This document shows, one piece after another, positions 34,901-44,299 of a stretch of DNA of 53,265 bases (positions are counted from its first letter, which is position 1; every line of letters begins with the position of its first letter). The DNA is taken from positions 1-53,265 of the forward strand of contig DF237544.1 of NCBI GenBank assembly GCA_000708835.1. Reading direction: 5' to 3'. The translations under genes were made by a program, and so were the position numbers. The stretch comes from Klebsormidium nitens (taxonomy: Eukaryota; Plantae; Klebsormidiophyceae). A model generated the notes under the pieces. That model made no database searches. It saw only the letters and a list, made by a program, of their open reading frames with translations, and had not been told where the DNA came from.

Positions 34901-37900
34901 CCGGTGCAAATTCAGCATTTGTGCCTCCACTACAGTCACTCACTTGCAAACTATCATTTTTGCTTTGCCGACAAGACGCAACGCAACCTTGTAGAAAGAT
35001 TTCCCCGTCTTTGATGAAATTCGCAGCATGCCTTTCTCGCTCTCCCACGTACGCGCTTTCCACTTGCAAGCGTCGGCATATCACTTGGGTCATCACTTCC
35101 TTTGCTTTCGGGGTTCGCGAGGCTCGACCACGAGTCTTCATTTACACAGCTTCTGATCACCCTCGTCTCCCTCCTGTAGGCGCAAGCGCTCGCCACACAG
35201 CTCGAGCAAGCCCAAGTTGCAAGCCGCCAGTCCCTCGCCGACGCCGCCGCAACTGCGTCGAAAGAGCGCGCATCGGCCCGCGCGCTCGTTGCCGCGGCAG
35301 AGGCGCGGCTTGCCGCGGTCGACAAGAAGGCGGCCGCCGCTGAGCAGGAGGCGGCTGAGGCGCGCGCACTCCTGGACAGTGAGAAAGCGCGAGCGACGCT
35401 TATGGAGGAGCAGCTCGAACAGGTGAACGCGATTGGAACCGGCCTTCTTCCGGGCAAAATTGGTTCGGAGCATCCCCACGAGAGACTTATTGCAAGGGCC
35501 TGGAACTCCACAATTTTGCGAAGCAAGAGAAACCCTTTGCGGAATGAATACGGCTTTGAAACCGCATCTTCCATTCCTGACTGCTCATTAGGACAAGAAA
35601 CACGTTCGGACAGATTCCCGCAAAGACATCTCATTGAAAAGCTGTCAGAAAAACGGAAGACAACACTTAGCTCTGCTTCGTTTCTAAAGTGTTCGAGTCC
35701 CGACGTCACCAGCGCTTGGAAGAAGAGAAGAGCGAAGTCAGTTCGCAAAACAACCGTATGCTGAATAAGAGCTTGAGTTTCTAAAGGGCTAGGAGCTTCC
35801 GACATACATGCGACGTATATTTCAATTGTTTTTACTCTTCTCCGACAAACATCACGAGCTCTCTATCTGACGCCCAGGTCTTCTTCGAATGGGCTTTTTG
35901 CGAAAACGTCGGATACAAAAGCTTGAAATTCTTGATGCTTTTCGCAGTTGGAAGCTCGCCGCTTGGAGGCCCTTGAGCTTGCAGAGAAGGAGGCCGCGCG
36001 GCTCGCGCAAGTGGAGGCAAGCTTGGTCCAGACCGAGGCTTCGCTCGCGCTCGCGCGCGGTGAGGAGGCGAACGCGCGCGCGCAGGAGCGCGAAGCAGAG
36101 CTTGTCAAGGAGATCGAGGAGCTGCGCGCCGCCGAGGTCAAGTGGACGGAGAGCAACGCGCGGTTGGAAGCGGAGATGGGCAGGTGAGGGTTCCAAGCTT
36201 CTGCTTTTCCTTCAAAAGCATCCGTTGGTTTGTCATGAAGCAACAAGAGATTCGGCCGCTCTTCGTGCACGCAAATGATTCTTGAGATGAAACATTGATC
36301 CGCAGCTTTCAAATTGAAGCAGAGTGAAAGGATTCGGCAGAAAGATTCTCAAGACGAATAGTATCCCGGCAGGTAAAGCGAAAGTGCGAAGTCTCTTTCA
36401 CTTTGCAAAAGACACAGAGAGCAAAATGAATTGTTAAGAGAAACTCGAGAACTGGTGCAAACATCCTGCAAAGGATGCTCGTGTGTTACTGCGAGTCTTG
36501 CGAAGGATGATGTCAGTTCCTTCTGACCAGCAACACATCGAACGGCATCCAGAAGTCTTGCGGTCCATTACTGAAACATTTCTTTGTTGTTCAGGCGCCT
36601 GAAGGCCGACGCCAAGGCCTCGAACGAGGAGGCGCGGCGCCGCAAGGTGGAGCAGCGGCTGGCGGACGGCGAGAACGCGCGCGCATACCTGGAGAGTAAG
36701 CTCCGCGAGGCAGAGGGCATAACGCGCGCGGCGGAGGCGGCCTGGGAGGAGAGCGAGGCCAAGAGGCAGGCGCTGAATGACGTGAGAGAGCACGGAGCGC
36801 TAGGTTTGGGCCACGTGTCACGGGCCTGAATAGCGATGAGACTCTTGGAAGTGTACAACGGATTGATTTGTCTGAGCCTTAGAGACATACGGGCTCGGTT
36901 GGCGCAAAGAGAACTCCTACCGGAGCCCTTTTATGTGCTTTGGAGTCAAAATCTCTTCCTGCTTTTGGCCAGGGCAAGTCACACTTAAACAACGAAGAAG
37001 CAGTCAAAGCGGCTCGAGGTTTTTGATGTGTTTCTTCCCTCTTTGTCGGTCATTCCTCTCCGGTCGTCAGCCAAAGGCTTTTTGTAAGCTCGACGCCGTC
37101 GCCACGACTTAGAGCCTGATAACTCGCCCAGGACAAACGTTTGCTTTGCTGGTGATTATTCGCAGACGCGAAGGTTCTGGCTGGCCGCAGATTTCTCCCT
37201 GCATCATTTCAACCGTGAAGCTGTCTTACGACGTTTCCGGCCTTCTTGCAGGAACGCGGCCAGTGGAAGGTCGCTGAGTGCAAGCTCGAGGAGCAGGCCG
37301 CGAAGCGCGAGGCTGCAGAGTCGATGGTGAAGGCCGCGACCGCGCGCGCCGAAGACGCGGAGCGGAAGCTGGAGGAGGCCCGGGAGCAGCTCGCGCACAA
37401 GGTCAGGACCGGACGTAACGCCAGACTTTTCTTATTAAATGTTGCAGACTTTCTGTTTGGTCGTTATGCACTTCTGCTTCTTTCACATTGGAGGTTTACT
37501 TCACAGTTGATGATTGAACCTAGACCTATTCGGTCAGGGGAAGTTGGATACCTAGCTGTGATTATCGGAATAACATCAGAAACATTCTTCTGTAAGTAAG
37601 GTGAAATTCCATGAGGAACAGGGGCGTACAGTTCTCTTGTTCTCTCATGTAGGACTCTGCGAGGTCCATAACAGTGAGATCTCTAAGAGCCCATACGGCG
37701 AAAAGTCAACGACTCCAGTCGCACCCTACTGCTTAACAACTGATCAAGCCTCTCCTTACGCCACGTGTCGCCATCTGCAGGTGACCAAGAGTACCCAGTC
37801 CCTCACCGCGAGCAGCGCCCGCGTCGCCGAGCTGGAGGCGGAGCTGTACCGGGCGCGAGCGGCCCACGTGGCCCTCGAGACCAAGTGCGCGACGGCGGCC

Positions 37901-40900
37901 GCGCGCGTGGCTGAGCTGCAAGAGACCGTCGCCGATAAGGAGGCGGACATTGCGGAGGGGAGCCGAGTGATCCAGGAACTGATGGCGCAGCTGAGCGAGC
38001 TCACCTCCGATAACATAGCGGAAGAGCGGCGGCTGAGGGACGAGGTGACGCGCGCGCAGGCGGAGGTGAGGACGGTCGACCTCCTAAAGGAGACGTGAGG
38101 AACTCGGACTGCGAGCGAGGACGATGAACTTAGAAGAGAAGCATTTTTGGCGAAGTGAATGGTCAGGATGACAAGGGATTGCTATTTGTACTTTACGGTT
38201 CGTAATTCACGGGAGACTCGGAAAACGAAAGAAGGCGGAACAGAAAACGAATGCGGAGACTTCATCATCTGAAATTATTGCGCTAGCATTGGCACGCTGA
38301 CTTTCTCAAAGACATAAAAGCAACATTACTTTGGTCTATCTCTCTTCTTATTTATGCGTGTACATTAAAACCGCCTTCCCTGGATAAGCATTCCGGGCCT
38401 TTCCGGTCCTGTAGCCTCTGAATCATTGCAAGCATTGCGAGGACCCACCGCTACTAGCACTATCCTGTACGAACCATCTTATCATTTCGCCAGCAACTAA
38501 TTCTTCTACGTTCTCTACAGGTCGCCAAGCTGAAGCGCGCGCTGTTAACGGCTCAAACCGCCCTGAAGAAGGCTTCCGCGCACCCCTCCAAGTCTAACGA
38601 AGAGCTGGAGCGGGAGAACTCGAAGCTCAAGCAAGAAAACACGAAGCTGCAGGTAAGCTTCACTGCTCAGCATCCTGTCCTTTCACACCTGCCAATCGAG
38701 GTAGCTCCAAACCCTTCAGCGATCCCCGACCACGAACCCTGGCGTCCTTTCAACTTCGCTTCAACTGGATTGTTGTTTCGGCGACCTCCTCTTGTTTTCT
38801 GTTTTGTTCTCTTGTTTCTGAAGAAGCGCTTTTGTGTCGAAGTCTATTCTGCACAGCCCATATCCGCACCCTGGCGTTCTGTCAACTTCGCTTCAAATGG
38901 TATGCTTGTGTCTGCAACCCCCGAGTGTTCTCATTTTCCCCCCCTTGTTTCCGAAGAAGCGCCTTTCTGTCGAAGGGTTTTCTGCACAGCCCATATCCGC
39001 GCTGTCGCGTCTGCAGACGGCGGCTGACGTGGCAGCGGTCGCGGATGCCGCGGATCGGCGCGCATTCAAGGCGCACCTGGAGACCGAGCGCGAGCACGGG
39101 GAGACGCTGATCGAGCAGCTGCGCGTCAAGAACGAAGAAGTGGACAGCCTGGAAGCGGTCAGCGCACGCGCCTTTCTCATATTAGCGCTTTGCTGTGAGT
39201 GCTTTGCTCCAGGCGTACCAAGAGCTGGGCGAATGCCGAGGACCCGAACGTGAGCCGTTGGGAAATTTGATACGTTGCGCTTTACCCTTGGAGGATTAGA
39301 TTGAGACCGTCTTAAGTGCCCGAAAACTTAAAATCAGGAGTTGTTATGACATGAGACTGGCATGAGACTTGCATAAGGTTTGTGGGGAAAGCTAGTGGTT
39401 CCCTGAAGGTCCGGGACTTTCGATCTTGCCTTCCGTGACTGACGTTCATGCCTCAAATCTTTTTTCCTGTCCTGCAGGAGGTCCTGTTCCTGAAACAGCA
39501 GCAAAATGAAACCTCCAACTACCGGGAGGTGAGTTGCACGATTCACCGTGTACTTTTCCGTCGTTCTCAACGAGTCTTTGCCGTCCTTTGCTGTCACCCA
39601 TTTTGCTGCTGTCTTGGTATGAGCGTGTGTCGAATCGTCAACGGACGCCAAATACTTCGGCTGGCGCCTCTGAACATGTTTCGTTTAAGAGCAGGACCGA
39701 TGCAATTGCTTTCGTAAGCGGAGCACCGCATCCATTTGCATCATCCTTTGTTCCTCGCGTACACGCCGCGGCTTTCTGGACCGCTTGATGTGGACATATC
39801 CCAGCAGATTTTGCAGATAAGTGTGCTTGAGCCCGCAAGATGGCCTATCTTTTTTCCGTTTCGATCTTCTGAGCCGCGTCGATTCTTCGATATCATGCAG
39901 TTGCGCGCGTACACTATGTTGCACGAGCTGGGGGGCAAGGTGAGAAGCGTTCTTGAACCTTCGATTAAATCCGCAATCCTTCCTTTGATTGAATCCGCAA
40001 TCCTTCGTTCGTCTCAAGGCTTTCAGAAGTTTGACAAGCAAGTTGTGCATGATTAGATGGGCGCGCGCACGAACTTTTGGATTTGAGAAGTGGCAATACT
40101 CTCTCGAAGCCAAGGTCGCCTTCGTTGCCACGTCCAAAGTAGACATTGCACTTCTTTCGAATCTTGTTGATTGCGGCGTACGTTTTCCCATGTGCTGATG
40201 ACCCTCCTGGTTTGCTTTCCAGATGAACGAGATCCGCCACAAACTGACCCAGTTGCTCGTGTCCTTTCAAGAGCCCGGAGTAAGCACCTGCCTTGATGCT
40301 GTGCTTAGGTCTTAAGGAACCGTTGTCTCACGCAGAACAATACCTCAGTGCGTGGTTTTCTCCCAGGAATCTTAGTTGATGCATGGTGCCCCGTATCTTA
40401 GCCAAAGTTCCTAAACATTGCAACTGTCTCTTGGGCAAACTTTGTCGCACTTTTTCCAACCAGGACAAAATGCCAGCAAGGACTTCGTTTGATCTTTTCG
40501 TTCATCGCGTCAAAATCAGCTCCGAATGATTGCGCCTCCGAAGGTGTTGCATGACATTTTAGCGTCCCGTCACGTGGTTTCAATGAGCGTGTTGAAGCGT
40601 GCCTTTTTACCATGCTTTCGTCTTCTCTGCAGCCATCTTCCGCCCACTCCCTCGCCTTCATCCACGACGAGGTGAGTGCTGCCTCTCTCTGAGGCCGTAC
40701 TTCCGTCGCGCTTCTGAATCGCTTTACAGAACCGTCCAATTCCGTCCGCCTCCTCTTTGCGACCAAGCTTTCGCTCAGCAGCAGCTTGCCCGAGGAAGGG
40801 CACCTGCTTCGCAAATTGTCGGAGGCTCGTATGGACTAGATCAACACTTGCTGCTGGGGACCTCTTGAGCAAGAGCTCCGACAAGGGCTTTATCCTATGA

Positions 40901-42787
40901 TCCTTCACATGGGTTGAGATAGCCTTCCGGAAGTTGCTATATCCGAGAAATATTGCAGCATCGTTTGCTCGAAACCAACAGTCCTTGTCTTCGCCGACGA
41001 CGAGAATGGGCAACGATTTCGCTTGAAACACAATGACTCGGTTTTCAAGGTCTAAGTTGAAGTTCCCCATGATACTTGTTAAGGACTGCCCCTTATATAT
41101 CGTGTGCCTGCGACGAGTGAACGCATCATGCGTTCACTTGTCGCAGGCACACGATATCCAATACTGTTCGGAAGCTATCGCCTTATGATGGAAAGTGGTG
41201 GAATCTAGACAGGCTATGCATTGGAAGCGTGCATGTGACATGAGCAAAAGACTTCTTCAACAATCGGCATCATGGAAGGTTGTTGGATTAGAAAGCCAAT
41301 ATATACACGCGGTTGAATATTACTTACCGAAAAATTCTACCGCTCAATCAACTCGTCGAACTCCTTCGACAATTCCTTCCTCGCTACCATGTACTCAGTG
41401 ACACAGATACATCGCCTCCAGTTTCTCTGAATGCGACTCACAGCACGCCTTTGACGAATCACGATGTACGCCAATGCATTCCTGATTTGAGTCCACTCCC
41501 GAATGTATGCACCATCGTAATCCCTAGTCAGATACCCCCAACGTGACCATGTCACTTTTCTATTCTGTTTTTATGCGCAATTGAACCCCTAGCGTGTGCT
41601 CTGCGAAGCTTTGATCTGGAAGGCTTGGAGCTGCCAGACGGCAAAAGGGTAATTTACAGTGGTTATGCAGATGATACAACTTTATTTCTCTCCGGAATTG
41701 AGGATCTCTCGCAGGCTATCCCCATCTTTAACAAGTACGCTTCCGTTCTTATCCGTTGCAGCACTGCAATCCCTCCCTGCCGTTGTCAGCGGTTTTTCTT
41801 TCGCCGGTTCCGTCTCCTGATCGAGCACGCACGCTGTGCAGCTTGCGCGCCTGCGCGCCTCCCTAGACGCCGAGCACGAGGAGGACATGGACGTGGCGGG
41901 CCCTAGCTCTTCCCATCCCCCGGTACGTCGCCCGTTTCCAAAATCACTCTTCTGGTGGAGATGTGTGTGCGTGTTGTGCTCAGTGAGAAAGACGCATCTA
42001 CAAAAGCGCTGCTGCCTGCGAACATTTGGTAGCTTGTGCCAAGCATCGAGCGGATGACACGTCATTAAAGGCAACAAGCGAAAGACACGTCATCAATAGC
42101 ATCGGGCAGATGACACGTCATCAAAAGCGCACCTCACACTGATTCAAATGGACAGCAAAAACGACGCGCTTAACTGGATGCATTTACAGCCTCTGCCGAC
42201 CCCTCTCTGGTTGTGACTATTGGGGGTGTTTACCTCCCTCTGCAATTTCAATCGTCGCCTGTGATTGCCAATCGTAGTTCGCGTCTGGCAGGGCCCCTCA
42301 GAATAGCTGCCCGTCCACGGTAGAGGCCCTTCGTGAAAGTTTTGGCTTCATTTCCTCTCGGCCTTACCATGAGCTTGCTACTCTTGTCAGGCCTCTCCGC
42401 AGCAAGGGGCGCCGGATAAGTCGGTCAACGACACAGAGGTTGGCGACTGCGGCCTCACCGGCTGGGGGGAAGTGGACGATGCGATTGTTCTGGTGGATAC
42501 CGGGTGAGTAGCAAGAAATGCTGCTTTTTGCCGTGAACCACCGCGAAAGCGTCGGACGTTATCATCCTGTTGCCTCTACAAGTAATTTCAAACATCGAGT
42601 TCCGGTCGGCTGTCGGCTTCGAGCAATCACCGTGTGTTTCGGCGTCCGGACGGGGGGCTAATGAAGCTCGTCGTCCGAAACCGTATGATTGCGTTAGCGC
42701 CGTCATTTCCCCGTAATAACGCTGAGCACTGACATTTAATTAGTTGTTTCCTATCTCCACAGATCCGACGCCGTGGATGCGGCTTAG
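31902..42787 (+). CDS. Multi-exon coiled-coil gene CC-Z (paralog of X and Y); possibly disrupted by loss of a 73-nt exon
   Basis: Exons 31902/31929-32243, 32869-33195, 33899-34047, 34587-34820, 35180-35422, 35948-36183, 36595-36781, 37252-37401, 37781-38064, 38521-38652, 39017-39157, 39478-39528, small exons ~39901-39939 and ~40222-40278, 40633-40671, 41842-41922, 42391-42503, 42763-42787 (TAG). Phase mismatch between 33195 and 33899. Confidence 0.7.
38737..39000 (+). repeat. ~132-bp intronic tandem duplication
   Basis: ccctggcg..caacttcgcttcaa..gaagaagcgc..tcgaag..ttctgcacagcccatatccgc occurs twice (starts 38737 and 38869). Confidence 0.85.
40864..41070 (-). pseudogene. Truncated Bro-N (baculovirus repeated ORF N-terminal) domain gene of probable viral origin, inside a CC-Z intron
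   Basis: MGNFNLDLENRVIVFQAKSLPILVVGEDKDCWFRANDAAIFLGYSNFRKAISTHVKDHRIKPLSELL matches the Bro-N pattern (W-F-x-A-x-D-[VA]-A-x-x-LGY-x-N...AI..HV...K.L.EL). The C-terminal half (INE.GLY.LI) is missing. TATATAA lies ~23 nt upstream of the ATG. Confidence 0.8.
41097..41157. repeat. 61-bp near-perfect inverted repeat (30-bp arms, one mismatch, 1-nt centre)
   Basis: atatcgtgtgcctgcgacgagtgaacgcat-c-atgcgttcacttgtcgcaggcacacgatat. Confidence 0.95.
41337..41555 (-). pseudogene. 5'-truncated intronless ORF resembling small proteins of large algal DNA viruses (IQRxWR...KxLxxEFxEL C-terminus)
   Basis: ...RQRRAVSRIQRNWRRCICVTEYMVARKELSKEFDELIER*. No ATG (starts at GTG next to the LINE fragment). The family resemblance is from memory and has not been searched. 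Confidence 0.5.
41562..41745 (+). mobile_element. LINE (L1/Tx1-like) reverse-transcriptase fragment
   Basis: ILFLCAIEPLACALRSFDLEGLELPDGKRVIYSGYADDTTLFL..DLSQAIPIFNKYAS contains the LF...EPL and YADD motifs of non-LTR RT. Confidence 0.85.
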
Positions 42788-44299
42788 AGAAACCTATTCT
42801 AAATAACCGGCGGCTGTTTGAGACGGCGCGGATTCGCTTGAGGCCTAATTTCTTGTGATGCAAAGGACGGGATAAACTGTGATTATACTTTTTCGTCGTG
42901 TTGGATAGTCAGACTAGGCAAGTTTACGGAAGAGAGATCGTAGAAGAGGACGCGTGAGCCACGTGCATCGAAGTGGGGTACCACAAGTCAGACGTGTTAC
43001 AAAGTTGATTCCGTTGCTCTGTGCTGATCCGCAGCCGGAGCGGAGAGGAGCTGGTGACAAGCGGCAACTGCTTTCCAAATTTGCATCAATCTGCATAGTA
43101 GTTCCTAACACGTTGTGAGGTTTTGGGCGCAGTGGCAGACCTTAAGTGATAAAAGAGAGCAGGTTTCAAAAAGATCGAAAGGTTCTTGTTCATAGGGGGT
43201 GATTATAGGGTTACCGAAGCCAGTCTGCACGCCGTCAAGGACTCGAGCAAGTCAGAGATCCTCCAAAGCTCAACATAAGCTTTCAACCGCAAGGACCGTC
43301 AAGCCGTCACTGGAAGCGTCAGATCAGACAAGAGCCCAACCAGCCGGCCGGCAGCAAGAGTTTTAAAATAGCAACTATAGGTACTAATAGGTTGACCTAG
43401 ATTTGACTCTTTATCATACATAGGTATATTTGGTCATATCTCATAGAAATACACTAACTTGATCAATCCGTAAGCCATTTGCATGAGAATGATTATTCGC
43501 AGTATCTCATGAAAACGCGGCCATGCTTGAAGTTTCCTTGGTTGCTCGTATATTGAGATACGTGACTTAATCTCGAAGTGTAATCTTGATCGACGTCAAC
43601 TTCGTATATGCAAGGTGCAGCTGGTCCATCATGGGAATCTTATGACGTTGACAGCTACCGTCTAGGTTACGTCCTACATGCTCTGCAACGCGGCTCATTG
43701 CAGAGTGCTCACAATTCCATTTACATGCACCCCGGCCAGTACTTCTCGAATACGTGGACGGCCGCGTTCGGCCTTGTGTCAAATTCTGATCAGCATACAC
43801 TTCTTCTGTAACGCCCTAGCCTGACGGAGCTATAGTTGAATCGCATAGCGGCGGCGCAGCGGCATACTTATACATATAGCAACCGTCGTTTCAATGTTGA
43901 ACATGCGCATGCATAACCCGTGCCTGCAGCAACTGTTCGATCATCAAGGCCTGACATGAAAGGCGCGCTAGCTGCATGAGAAGTATGGTAACCTTGAATG
44001 TACGTGTTCAAATGCCTCTAGCGTGATAACAAAACAGAAATAAGTTGCGAAGTGCTCGAGTAATCACAACCACACTGATGCCAGCTTTCTGCACGTAAGA
44101 AAAGCAATTCTGCTATAGGCCTGCGCTACCTTTCAGTCTATTGCTAATGATAGTCAACATTCTATTGTACAACCTGGGTTCTCCAAGTGTCAATGTCGCA
44201 AAAAATAAATACGTAAATATGTCTACAACACTTCGCAAGATCGAGAAGCTTTGTATAACTTCGCTCTATCATTGAATCTTAACCTATATAGCAATGGTT

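Larger units (their letters stand above)
29635..37422 (+). repeat. Segmental duplication copy 2 (Copia remnant, promoter and 5' half of CC-Z)
   Basis: Colinear similarity to 15000-21502, with indels including two extra exons (35948-36183, 36595-36781) and a ~214-bp deletion at 33643. Confidence 0.85.

Noticed and set aside
8283-37599. Numerous 100-200 aa ORFs antisense to or overlapping the GC-rich coiled-coil exons
   Set aside because: Shadow ORFs caused by the scarcity of stop codons in very GC-rich exons; no splice or domain support.
40729-40850. Extra CC-Z exon before the Bro-N insert
   Set aside because: CC-X has no exon between the homologous 42-nt and 84-nt exons, so it is treated as intron sequence.
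40570-40863. C-terminal 97 aa of the 166-aa Bro-N ORF as genuine protein
   Set aside because: Read-through into the antisense strand of host intron and exon sequence after the Bro-N truncation; no Bro-like motifs.
42647-42700. Hammerhead-like CTAATGA...GAAA
   Set aside because: The core deviates from CUGANGA and the intervening bases cannot form stem II.
5100-42787. Naming the CC proteins as SMC, myosin, kinesin or ZYP1
   Set aside because: No ATPase, motor or other diagnostic motif seen; the resemblance is only coiled-coil composition.
43120-43190. tRNA/SINE A-box-like GGCGCAGTGG
   Set aside because: No B-box and no cloverleaf pairing found.
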